Source: a virus
Lineage: Duplodnaviria; Caudoviricetes
Strand: one strand, 5' to 3'
Virus record (IMG/VR): IMGVR_UViG_3300020044_003574
Span: 1 to 33,852 of that record
DNA: 33,852 nt
Positions 15,411-24,176 of this stretch are shown here, piece after piece (the first letter of the stretch is position 1; each line of letters begins with the position of its first letter). Below the pieces are notes generated by a model that was not told the origin of the DNA, made no database searches, and saw only the letters and a list, made by a program, of their open reading frames with translations. Position numbers and translations under genes: made by a program.

Positions 15411-17536
15411 TACGCGCTCGCAAAGACTGGACCACTTACGCGCTCGTAACGCTTAATGATGTCTACGATCTCACGACCTATTTGGTTTCCATCTGCACCC
15501 ATACCTGCATTAACAGTTAGGTTAATTGTGTTTCCTGTTGGTGCGTTGCGACCTGTTAAAGGTACAACAGCTTCTGGTCCAGCTTCACCGATTAGAGCTA
15601 ATGTCGGACCGGTGACAATTCCACCCTTAGCAAAAGCAGGGACTTCAACTCCGAGAGAAGCAGCCAAGTCCATAATTGACTGACGTTCTTTTTTAGTAAC
15701 CTTGCTCTTTTTACCTTTGCCAGATTTTGCCTTAGCGATAGCTGCATTGACTTGATCTATGCCAGCTTGATTAACAATGCCACCTTCTACGTTTATTGCA
15801 AAACCAGAAGCCGCAATAGCAGCCTTAACTCCGTCTACCATTGCTTGACCAGCTGTAATTCCTGCTTGATAGAACTGCGTAGCAGCCGAAGTTCCTAGTT
15901 CTTCTGCAACTGATGCGGTAGCACCAATCAAGGTGTTCACCTGATCTACAACAGTTGCTCCACCTGCAATAATTTCATCTGCGATCTTGATTCCTGCATC
16001 TGCGCCAGCTGCTAGCACTTGTCCAATCGCAGATTCAGATAGTCCCATTGAGAGAAGCGTTTTAACTTTTGCACCAAAGTCAGCAGCTTTAGCAGCTTGA
16101 GCAACTAGATTTTCAATAAAAGAACCAGTTTCGGCAGTAGCAGCTGCACCAAAATCTATGATGCCCGTCAAAGTATCTCTGACTGTGGACTTAAAACTTG
16201 CGAATGCATTACGAGCAGATTCAAGAACTCCGTTCTGTTTGTTTAGTTCTTCTGTAAATGCAGCGATCTTGTCCTTGGATGATTTGGCAGCATCGCCAAT
16301 TCCTGTAACTCCCTTGGATGCAGTCTTTGCGGAAGAGCCAACTTTATCTATGGTCGGAAGAACTACGTCTTGAAAATCTTTCGCTTGTTGCTTAACGCCA
16401 TCTGGAGCAACAAAAATTGGTGGTAGACCTGCTACATTCTCTTTGTATTTGTCAGTAACTTTATCTAATGCGGCAAAACCTACGGCTATTGCAGCCAGAG
16501 CAGCCACAGTTCCAGCCGCGCCAGCAGCAACAGACAAACCACCAGTAGCAAACGCGGTTGCAATAGTTGCAGCTAGTCCGACTTTACGAAGCGTTTGGAA
16601 TGCGGTTACAAGCCCACCAATGATTTTAATAATTGCTCCAGCTGCAGCAGCTACTTTTGCAACCACAAACATACCAACTAATGCAGCACCAAACTTAACT
16701 AAAAATGGTATGTAATTAACAACAGTTTGAATAACAGCTCTAATAACGTTGCCCCATGTGTAGGCTGCTTGTTCGGATTGAGTAAACGAACTAGATAAAC
16801 CTTGATTTCCTGTTAGTGCGTTAATAAAAATTTCTATAACTGGAAACACATTTTTAATAATGTAATCCATTAGCTTAGTTAATACAGGTAGCAAAGCTTT
16901 ACCGATAGATTCTTTCGCTTCATCAACAGCAATACTAAAAATTCTAAATTTACCTTCAAGCGTTGTTGCTTCATCATCAGCAAAGCCAGCAAAAGTCTTT
17001 TTTAATGTATTAGTTACATCATTAAAATCTTCACTTTTTAAAATTGAAGTATCTATACCTAATCCAAGTTTGCTTAATGCAGTAGCGTTGCCGTCATAAC
17101 CTTTACCTAATGCATTAACAATTGCTTCTAAAGGTTTGCCGGTTGCAACTTGTATATCTAAAGCAATGTTTAATAACTCTTGAGCTTTAGCAGCATCTTC
17201 CGTTGAACGAACCAAACGCGCAAAACTTGGGCGCAACTGATCATCTTGAACACCAACGCGCATTTGCGTTTTACTAATGTAATCTTCAACGCTCGCAGTC
17301 ATTGCCTTATTTGCGCCAAGTGTGTTCTCTAATTGCTTTTCTAGAATGCGCATACTTTTTTCATCAGAAGCTGCAGCTTTGGATGCATCAACGCCAAATT
17401 TAACAGCGGCAACTGTTATTGCGCCAAAAGCTAGAGTCGCGGTTTTAGCTACGCCATTTAATCCTTTGAATGCTCGCTGTGCCGAATTGACACCAGCAGC
17501 ATCAAAAGTAGAAAGGATAGGAAAGATTACAGCCAT
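15410..17536 (-). CDS. Tape measure protein
   Basis: 708 aa, Ala-rich with hydrophobic stretch; FAKGGIVTGPTLALIGEAGPEAVVPL. Confidence 0.92.
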   Translation of the reverse strand: MAVIFPILSTFDAAGVNSAQRAFKGLNGVAKTATLAFGAITVAAVKFGVDASKAAASDEKSMRILEKQLENTLGANKAMTASVEDYISKTQMRVGVQDDQLRPSFARLVRSTEDAAKAQELLNIALDIQVATGKPLEAIVNALGKGYDGNATALSKLGLGIDTSILKSEDFNDVTNTLKKTFAGFADDEATTLEGKFRIFSIAVDEAKESIGKALLPVLTKLMDYIIKNVFPVIEIFINALTGNQGLSSSFTQSEQAAYTWGNVIRAVIQTVVNYIPFLVKFGAALVGMFVVAKVAAAAGAIIKIIGGLVTAFQTLRKVGLAATIATAFATGGLSVAAGAAGTVAALAAIAVGFAALDKVTDKYKENVAGLPPIFVAPDGVKQQAKDFQDVVLPTIDKVGSSAKTASKGVTGIGDAAKSSKDKIAAFTEELNKQNGVLESARNAFASFKSTVRDTLTGIIDFGAAATAETGSFIENLVAQAAKAADFGAKVKTLLSMGLSESAIGQVLAAGADAGIKIADEIIAGGATVVDQVNTLIGATASVAEELGTSAATQFYQAGITAGQAMVDGVKAAIAASGFAINVEGGIVNQAGIDQVNAAIAKAKSGKGKKSKVTKKERQSIMDLAASLGVEVPAFAKGGIVTGPTLALIGEAGPEAVVPLTGRNAPTGNTINLTVNAGMGADGNQIGREIVDIIKRYERVSGPVFASA

Positions 17537-17544
17537 AATTGCAC

Positions 17545-18060
17545 CTATCTCTTATTGCGGTTGTTGTAGTCGCGTTGCAGTTTTCTAATTGTACCGCGCA
17601 CCACATCTTCAACGTATGGAACTTGTCTAAGCGCAGCTGGGTAAACGTATCTGGATGCGCGACCTGATGAATTTAAAGCTCGAATCATGGCACGACCTGA
17701 GCGTGTATTGCCTTTACGCTTTCTGCCTGACATGTCTGCTATTTGAAATGCAGCTGCACCCATTGAATTCTTACCTTGTGCGCCAGCAACAATAGATACT
17801 AATGAAGTGCCTTTACGTTCAGCTTTTTTAGTGAAGTTAGTTTTAACTGTTACTTTTACGCCTGACGGTTGCCATGCTGTACGCCCATTGTGAACCATAC
17901 CGCGCAATGGTGCTTCAGTTGGAATGTTTTGTTTAACTGCATCAGCTACTGGCTTAGCACCTGTACGCAAGTCTTTACGAGCTTCTTTAACTATGTCGTT
18001 ATCTATTTCTTTTAAAGTCTTAGCAACTTCAGCGATACCAACAACGCGCATAGATAACAT
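17545..18060 (-). CDS. HK97 gp10-like tail completion protein
   Basis: Basic; V.GI.E..K.LK..D...; C-terminal RYVYPA. Confidence 0.65.
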   Translation of the reverse strand: MLSMRVVGIAEVAKTLKEIDNDIVKEARKDLRTGAKPVADAVKQNIPTEAPLRGMVHNGRTAWQPSGVKVTVKTNFTKKAERKGTSLVSIVAGAQGKNSMGAAAFQIADMSGRKRKGNTRSGRAMIRALNSSGRASRYVYPAALRQVPYVEDVVRGTIRKLQRDYNNRNKR

Positions 18061-18460
18061 TAGTTCCCCTGACTATTCCGCCAGCGCAGATACATACCCA
18101 TTGTATAAAGCATACGTTCAGATTCATCCATTAAAACTGATGGAGCAATACCAGTTTCAACGGATAGATAAGCCAAATACCAATGTTGGGATGAGTCACC
18201 CAACCCCGTTATTTTGGGTCTTGTTCGCTCGCTTCAATTGTGTCTACTTCATCACACCAATCTTCAAACGTCTTTTTGGTTTTACCTTGACGTTCTAGCC
18301 AATGCCACGCAAGCCATAAAAGATCAGTAATGCGGAAATCTGTTTCTAGTGAAGCAACCGATTTTGTAAACTTGTCCTCGAATGCAACAAGATCACGAGC
18401 AGTAGCAGATACTTCTTCTACTGTTTCATCATTAAAAGTAACGCGCAGGTTGATTTTCAT
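18060..18460 (-). CDS. Tail assembly chaperone G (18209-18460) and -1 frameshifted GT form (to 18060)
   Basis: Slippery C CCA AAA (18212-18218) just before TAA; -1 frame continues ITGLGDSSQHWYLAYLSVETGIAPSVLMDESERMLYTMGMYLRWRNSQGN*. Confidence 0.88.
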
Positions 18461-18462
18461 AG

Positions 18463-18870
18463 TTAGCTAGTTGCCCGTACTACTGTGCCTGATGTCGGCC
18501 AAGTTACGCTGAATGTTGCAATATCGCCTACTGAACTTGCGTGTGGGCTATATGAGTTCACAAGGCAAACTGCGGTGTAGCTCGGATTGGTTGCAGATAC
18601 AGTTCCTGAAGTTGGAACGATAACAACTGTTGCAAGTGTGTTGTAAAGAGGGAACAGAGTTGCATCTACTGCTCCAGCTGCGAAGTCTTGCATGAACTGA
18701 AGCGTTACTGAACCAGTCTTTAGACCACCAATGCGTTCGCGGAATGTTCCACCGAATGCAGTTGTTTCTAAGTCATCTGATTCTAAAGCTAGTTCAACTT
18801 GATTAAGTGAAGTGGATAGGTTTGTACCGTTGATGGTGACCTTGTAATCCGTTGCTGCGAATTTTGGCAT
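18463..18870 (-). CDS. Major tail (tube) protein
   Basis: Position; ETTAFG....IGGLK.GSVTL.F.QDF; GDIATFSVTWP. Confidence 0.85.
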   Translation of the reverse strand: MPKFAATDYKVTINGTNLSTSLNQVELALESDDLETTAFGGTFRERIGGLKTGSVTLQFMQDFAAGAVDATLFPLYNTLATVVIVPTSGTVSATNPSYTAVCLVNSYSPHASSVGDIATFSVTWPTSGTVVRATS

Positions 18871-18883
18871 TTCTTTATTGCTC

Positions 18884-19291
18884 CTAGTCTGCGTAGCAGA
18901 GAACTACGAACTCTGCCGATAAATAGTTTACCTCACCAACAAGTAGTTCTCCATAGTTACGCATATCGGTAACTCTGAGATCGAACGCCTTGCCACTAAG
19001 TGTCTTGTTTGATTCTATCGCTAGTTTAATACTGTTAGACCCTGTGCTTGAACAGTACGAATCCATAGAATTCTGACCAGTACGTTCCGAAATTCTGCCA
19101 ACAATTACTTGAACTGCGAAAGTATAGGTTTGCATTCCACGTTGGAACGTATCGTCATAATTAACACTAATTGGAAAAACAATTGCAACGGGTGGATTTA
19201 TGTTATCAGGCTGAAAGTCTGAAACTCGTAAGCCTGAAATCGTTGCAAGATTAGTTTTAATACCAGCGCGTAGTTCTGAAACAGAAGCCAT
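18884..19291 (-). CDS. Tail terminator/completion protein
   Basis: Position; PD.INPP.A; SIK.AIES.KTL.G. Confidence 0.7.
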   Translation of the reverse strand: MASVSELRAGIKTNLATISGLRVSDFQPDNINPPVAIVFPISVNYDDTFQRGMQTYTFAVQVIVGRISERTGQNSMDSYCSSTGSNSIKLAIESNKTLSGKAFDLRVTDMRNYGELLVGEVNYLSAEFVVLCYAD

Positions 19292-19896
19292 TAGGCAAAG
19301 TTCCTCATTCTGCGATAAGGAGCAACCAACTGCTCCACGTCTGGGTCAAGATAACGACTAACGCGCATTGCGCCCATGTCACCAAAGCCAGCTATACCAA
19401 GCGGCGAATCTAAACGCTTGAAGATACGACTGGATTGAATGATGCAAGCCTGTGTAATTGAAATAGGAACAGAAGCCCAACCGAATACGGCTGTTAATTT
19501 TACTAACGCTTGATCAGCTTCTACTGGAAACAGATAGTTCTCAACAGCTCGAATGCGTGTGTATGGAACAGCAAGCCCATCTACGTTTCCATTAAGCGGT
19601 TCTAGTTGATAATCACCAACAGCCCAAGTTGTATCAAATACGCCGTCACCACCTGATGAAGTTTGCAAAGTCAGAGCAGTTCCAGAAACGTCATCTATTT
19701 GAGTAATAAAAGAATCTTCTGCTGCGTAGTAGCGTGTAGCAGTTCCAGATGAATAAAAGTATCTGCCAGCGTGACCGTCAATAGCTCGTGATGCAGACTC
19801 AACAGCCATTTCAAGCAATGAGTCATCTACGGTATCTGAAATGCGTAAAGCCGCTTTAACCTGTGTAAGTGTGGCGTAGCCGTTTGTGATTGCCAT
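19291..19896 (-). CDS. Head-tail connector (gp6/gp15-like; start revised to 19896)
   Basis: YATL..VKAAL.I.D..DD.LL...ASR.ID; FGW..VP..I.QA; SD AGGAG. Confidence 0.85.
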   Translation of the reverse strand: MAITNGYATLTQVKAALRISDTVDDSLLEMAVESASRAIDGHAGRYFYSSGTATRYYAAEDSFITQIDDVSGTALTLQTSSGGDGVFDTTWAVGDYQLEPLNGNVDGLAVPYTRIRAVENYLFPVEADQALVKLTAVFGWASVPISITQACIIQSSRIFKRLDSPLGIAGFGDMGAMRVSRYLDPDVEQLVAPYRRMRNFA

Positions 19897-19930
19897 GTAG
19901 CTCCTAAAGTCTGTTTCTATTCTATGGCAG

Positions 19931-19969
19931 ACAAAAAGAAACAGCCCCACCGATTATGGCAGGGCTGTT
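19931..19969 (-). terminator. Cassette A terminator, followed by a promoter-like TGCCATAGAAT for the tail genes
   Basis: AACAGCCCTGCCATAATCGGTGGGGCTGTTTCTTTTT; near copy of 8320-8346. Confidence 0.8.
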
Positions 19970-19979
19970 GCTTGATTAC

Positions 19980-20222
19980 TTAGCGGTGATACTTGTCATC
20001 ACATCCCTTGCAGGGTACAAGGGTGCTTAGCTGCATTACCGCATCCGCATAAGCTTCTTTAGCTGTGTCACCTGATGCGCTAAATCCATGACCATCTTCA
20101 TAGCCAAACCATTGTTGATTCCAAGCATCCATCATGACTACAACGTATCCATCACCAAATTCAATCTCGACTTCTACGTTTGCTTTCTTAGCTTTGTTTA
20201 ATAGCTGTTGTTTTGTTGCCAT
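19980..20222 (-). CDS. Hypothetical protein, cassette A gene 2
   Basis: 80 aa; H...G.T..EA..DA...CxxC pattern. Confidence 0.7.
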   Translation of the reverse strand: MATKQQLLNKAKKANVEVEIEFGDGYVVVMMDAWNQQWFGYEDGHGFSASGDTAKEAYADAVMQLSTLVPCKGCDDKYHR

Positions 20223-20224
20223 TG

Positions 20225-20455
20225 TTACGCACCAAATCTTTCTGCATGATTCTTAGCATTGGTTAAGCTGTGATGACCAAAAACGCGACCAAAATATGTC
20301 ATGTGATTTCCGTCAATATCAGTTATGAACCAAAGATTTGTATTGCAGTCTTTCTTAATTGTTGTTCCATTTGAGTTCATGTATTCAGACTTGCCAACTT
20401 TTACCCAATTAAGATCAGCTCGGTGTGCTTTGTTCTGTTCTACTGTTGTATGCAT
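20225..20455 (-). CDS. Hypothetical protein, cassette A gene 1
   Basis: 76 aa; W.I....G...SLTNAK..AE; conserved cassette leader. Confidence 0.7.
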   Translation of the reverse strand: MHTTVEQNKAHRADLNWVKVGKSEYMNSNGTTIKKDCNTNLWFITDIDGNHMTYFGRVFGHHSLTNAKNHAERFGA

Positions 20456-20532
20456 GTGCTTTGTTCTTTCTGTCCTAGCAGATCGCTCTGCGCCTATGTA
20501 ATAACACTATCAGTTTTTGTTATACATAGCAA
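20456..20532 (-). promoter_or_regulatory. Cassette A promoter/leader element
   Basis: TTGCTA(20527-20532)-17 nt-TAGTGT(20504-20509); operator ATGTATAACAA 20517-20527; ATTACATAGGC; hairpin GCAGA-GCGA-TCTGC 20478-20491; TAGGACAGAAAGAACAAAGCAC-ATG. Confidence 0.78.
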
Positions 20533-20543
20533 ACCCTGCGTGT

Positions 20544-21410
20544 CTAAAGGGCTTTTCGCTCTTTCAAAGCTCTACGAATACCCTCACGCAATGTAATCTG
20601 CGGAATGAAATACTGATGCGACAAATGCGAATCACCAACTCTGTATTCAACTCCCGTAGGTGCAGTAACTATGTGATTAAACATAGGGTCAATGCCAGCT
20701 TCTTCACAGATCATTTGAGCAAGATCATTAAAGCTAGTTGCAAAGCCTGAACACAAATTAAATGTGCCTGTGTAACCAGTCTGAACGTGCCATAAAACAG
20801 CCTGAACAATGTCCTCTATGTGTATGAAGTCGCGTACTTGTTCACCGTTACCCCAAATGTCAAAGACTTCTACTCCAGCCAGAGCGCGATCAATGAAACT
20901 TGGAAACGGATAATCTGCATCTTGATCTGAGCCATAACCAGAGAACGGTCTAAACACAAACAAGTTTGTATCTGTCACAAATTGCGCTAAGTATTCCCCT
21001 GTAAGTTTTGCCCATCCATAAGTCAAGTCAGGATTTAAAACCGCATTTAAATTAATGTCATACTCAGCTAACCGATAACGACGGTGCGAATTCTGTAAAA
21101 CAATTGGATACGCAGCCGAGCTAGAGAAGTAAACCGTATTTATGGGTTTTGTTCTTTGTACCCAGTTAAAGAATTCTGCATCTATGGATAAATCAGTTGC
21201 TACCGATAACGGCTCACCTTCAATAGTTGCGCGACCACCAACAATTGCAGCTAGATGAATCACTAGATCAAACTGTTCAGTATTAGTTTTAAAGAAGTCG
21301 CGGCAGTCATTGCCATCTTTTAAGTCAATGCCCGTAATCTCGCTATCTGGCAAAGCCTTTACAAAGTTGCGCCCAACAAATCCTTTATGACCGGTGATAA
21401 GTATCTTCAT
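20544..21410 (-). CDS. NAD-dependent nucleotide-sugar epimerase/dehydratase (extended SDR)
   Basis: ITGHKGFVG, HLAA, SSSAAY, YGWAK, G.GEQVRDFIHIED. Confidence 0.93.
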   Translation of the reverse strand: MKILITGHKGFVGRNFVKALPDSEITGIDLKDGNDCRDFFKTNTEQFDLVIHLAAIVGGRATIEGEPLSVATDLSIDAEFFNWVQRTKPINTVYFSSSAAYPIVLQNSHRRYRLAEYDINLNAVLNPDLTYGWAKLTGEYLAQFVTDTNLFVFRPFSGYGSDQDADYPFPSFIDRALAGVEVFDIWGNGEQVRDFIHIEDIVQAVLWHVQTGYTGTFNLCSGFATSFNDLAQMICEEAGIDPMFNHIVTAPTGVEYRVGDSHLSHQYFIPQITLREGIRRALKERKAL

Positions 21411-22084
21411 TACCAAGCCTTTACATTCTCAACATCATTGGCAAATTCTGTTGCTAGATACTCAGCAAAGATAGCTTGATCGCCATTGTGCATTTCAACC
21501 GTATTAACAGCTGCGTATCGGTCATCATGTTCCGCTTTACCGTTGGTGTAATGCAAGTGTTCAAGGATTACATCAGGCAGATAATTGCAGTTACCTAGAG
21601 CCTTGCCCATTGCAAGCCAATAGTTATCTAGGAACAAATGCTTTAAAGCTGGTGGTGACATAAAGCCCGTAGCTCTGATGATCTTGCTAGACATAACAAC
21701 GGCAGTTGGCAAATTCTCGCCTTGCAGTAAATCGTTTCCGTAGGCAATGCCGGGCTGATCGCCAATGGCTTCTGCAAGTTTCGTATCCCAACCACCAGTG
21801 CGCGGTAAGTGATCATCACCCATAAAACAAATGTAGTCATAGTCAGGTGAGAACCATAAAGCCCAATGATTAAGAGTTCCGTTCATGCCCATACGGTCTG
21901 CAATACAGACCTTGACGTTATCTAGTCCAGCCGTTTCAGCCATCAAGCCTTGATAAGTTTTAACATCATCAGCATCTATGGCAAAAACAACTTCTGTAAA
22001 GTCTGCCGTTGCGTTTATCGCTTCAAATAAACGAATCGCATTATCGTTGCGACCACGAGTAGGAATAATTGTTAGCATTCTCAT
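21410..22084 (-). CDS. Glycosyltransferase, GT-A/GT2-like
   Basis: IIPTRGR, FMGDDH, HLFLDN, EHLH. Confidence 0.8.
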   Translation of the reverse strand: MRMLTIIPTRGRNDNAIRLFEAINATADFTEVVFAIDADDVKTYQGLMAETAGLDNVKVCIADRMGMNGTLNHWALWFSPDYDYICFMGDDHLPRTGGWDTKLAEAIGDQPGIAYGNDLLQGENLPTAVVMSSKIIRATGFMSPPALKHLFLDNYWLAMGKALGNCNYLPDVILEHLHYTNGKAEHDDRYAAVNTVEMHNGDQAIFAEYLATEFANDVENVKAW

Positions 22085-22884
22085 TGTTGTACCAATCTCC
22101 AAAAGGTATCGCCAGCTTTATCTATCATGTGTTTTAAGTGGTCTGCATCTTGCCAATCTTGAACTGACGTAATGCCTACGTTTTCGTTTGTGTGAATTCT
22201 GCACCCAGATAACACAGCTTCCATAACTGCTCTGCATTCAGATTCAAAGGCTAACGGCAAATGCACGAACCATTCGCATCTTGCCATTGCATCTAATACT
22301 TGTTCACGCGGTACATCTGTAAGAGCTTTGAATTCATAACCAGCTTGAGCTGCCCAAATTTCTGCCTTGAGTCTGCCCTTGAGTGGATGATTACGAGCTG
22401 CCCACAATGCGTAAGGTTTCTTGTCCATGTGGTCGTAACACTTGCTTGTGTCGAAGTAGCTTAGAACTTGAGCCGTTTTGCGTGGTTTTGCCCAAGATAA
22501 TTCTCTACGCATGTGTGCCGGTGTATGAGTTACGAATAATCTACTGCCGGCAATCAAAGCCAATAGCCCTGCTCGTGGTGTTTGCAAGTGATGCACAAAC
22601 ACAAACGGGTCATACTCGCTAAGTTGGTTGAGCTGTTGATCTGTAAAAGCATCCGTACCCGTTACAACGATTGAATCGAATTGGTGTATGTCATGTGTAT
22701 CAAATGTGTATGGGGTGACAATTTCAATGTCGTAGTCCAAGGGTGCTTGTAAGCGGTATTCGTAGTCTGACATTTCTGCGCCACCAGCAAACTGCCCTGT
22801 GAATAGCCCTTGCTGGCTCACAGAGCCATCCTCAGACACTTTAGGGTCATTCTCTATGTGATGGGTGTACCAGCCAATTTTCAC
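22081..22884 (-). CDS. Glycosyltransferase, compact GT-B-like
   Basis: GGAE, HPLKG, FESECRAVMEAVLSGC (Ex7E). Confidence 0.75.
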   Translation of the reverse strand: MKIGWYTHHIENDPKVSEDGSVSQQGLFTGQFAGGAEMSDYEYRLQAPLDYDIEIVTPYTFDTHDIHQFDSIVVTGTDAFTDQQLNQLSEYDPFVFVHHLQTPRAGLLALIAGSRLFVTHTPAHMRRELSWAKPRKTAQVLSYFDTSKCYDHMDKKPYALWAARNHPLKGRLKAEIWAAQAGYEFKALTDVPREQVLDAMARCEWFVHLPLAFESECRAVMEAVLSGCRIHTNENVGITSVQDWQDADHLKHMIDKAGDTFWRLVQQ

Positions 22885-24062
22885 GCTGTGGGTCTTTCTG
22901 TGCCTTTTGCGCCCAATACAGTTAGAGCTGGTTTCCAGTATTGCTCAAAGACTGCATCCGCGTTATACGCTTTAGCAAAATCTTGAGCTTTTTGGGAGCG
23001 ACCACGACCACGTTGATATGCCTGTTCAAGCGCATCAACAATTGCTGGAACGCTAGGCATATGAAACCAGCTTGACTGCGGTGCATCCCATAATGGCTGA
23101 CCGTCTACCAACCAACCGTCACCTACAAGTTCAGTTGAAGCTGCGAAGTCAGAAACAATAACTGGTGTACCGCAAGCCTGAGCTTCTATTGTTGGAACTC
23201 CAAAGCCTTCGCCGTATGACGTAGCTAGTAAAACATCCATAGCCGTATAAAGCGTTGCAAGTGTTGGTTGATCTATTCCCGTTCTAAGCGTGTAAGGGTC
23301 TACAAATGCGTACTGATGTTCTTTAATACCGCATGACGTTATTAGTTCTTGCAACTTGATTCCACCTAGTGAACCGTTTGAATCTGTATGTAGATAAAGA
23401 ACTACGTCATCATGCATCTGAGCAAACATAGAGAACGCCAGAATGTTCTCGCCAAATGCCTTTCGATTAGGGCTTACGCCTTTATTAGCGGCGTTCATTC
23501 CAACAATAAATACATCTTCACTAGCACCAATAAAATCTCTGCCAGTAGTTCCCTTGTGTCGTTTCATTGGCTTAAAAGTAGATTCAATTGCGTGTGGAAT
23601 GTATAACGACTCAATGCCCACGTTCTCTAACATGGCTTGCCCGTATTCGCTCATTGCAATAGGGGTAACAAAGTCATTGCGACACCATGAAGCAACTTGT
23701 GGCGGTGCTGGTATGTGATCTATTGGAACCCAACTAGCAACATTCCAATCAGACCAACGCTTTCCTTTTAGAACCCACGCATCATAAAGCGTGAACAAAA
23801 TGTGATTTTGTTTTGGATTACGTTGCGCCCAATCAAACATATGCGCTGGAATAATGTCATTGGAATACATGTCTGCACCGCGCTGATAAATTGGGATGCC
23901 GTTCCAGTCGGTGTTGCTACCTTCAAGTCCATAGTTGTTAAAGATAGCTACGTTATGACTCATTGCTTTCATACGGCTAGTGACTTGAGCTGTTTGCATT
24001 CCGTATCCAGTATTCGCCCAAGGCGCATTAGATACCCAACCAATACATAAAGAATCTTGCAC
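22881..24062 (-). CDS. Glycosyltransferase, GT4 family
   Basis: SNAPWANTGYG; RK; EGFGVPTIEAQACGTPVI. Confidence 0.92.
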   Translation of the reverse strand: MQDSLCIGWVSNAPWANTGYGMQTAQVTSRMKAMSHNVAIFNNYGLEGSNTDWNGIPIYQRGADMYSNDIIPAHMFDWAQRNPKQNHILFTLYDAWVLKGKRWSDWNVASWVPIDHIPAPPQVASWCRNDFVTPIAMSEYGQAMLENVGIESLYIPHAIESTFKPMKRHKGTTGRDFIGASEDVFIVGMNAANKGVSPNRKAFGENILAFSMFAQMHDDVVLYLHTDSNGSLGGIKLQELITSCGIKEHQYAFVDPYTLRTGIDQPTLATLYTAMDVLLATSYGEGFGVPTIEAQACGTPVIVSDFAASTELVGDGWLVDGQPLWDAPQSSWFHMPSVPAIVDALEQAYQRGRGRSQKAQDFAKAYNADAVFEQYWKPALTVLGAKGTERPTA

Positions 24063-24114
24063 AGATAATCCTTTGTTCGCAGATACGAGAAACTTACCCT
24101 AAAACCTGCCATAA

Positions 24115-24157
24115 CAAAAGCAGAACCCCACCAAGCCTGCGCTCTCGGTGGGGTTCT
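24115..24157 (-). terminator. Terminator after the capsid gene
   Basis: AGAACCCCACCGAG...CTTGGTGGGGTTCT then GCTTTTGTT. Confidence 0.8.
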
Positions 24158-24176
24158 ACGTTTTGGGGTTTCCTAA

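Noticed and set aside
4936-20491. N4-type ssDNA hairpin promoters or integron attC sites
   Set aside because: No virion RNA polymerase or integrase; hairpins lie downstream of sigma-type -10 boxes and are too short for attC
20544-24062. Captured host capsule/LPS locus
   Set aside because: Genes overlap one another, are co-oriented within the structural region, and lack flippase or polymerase partners
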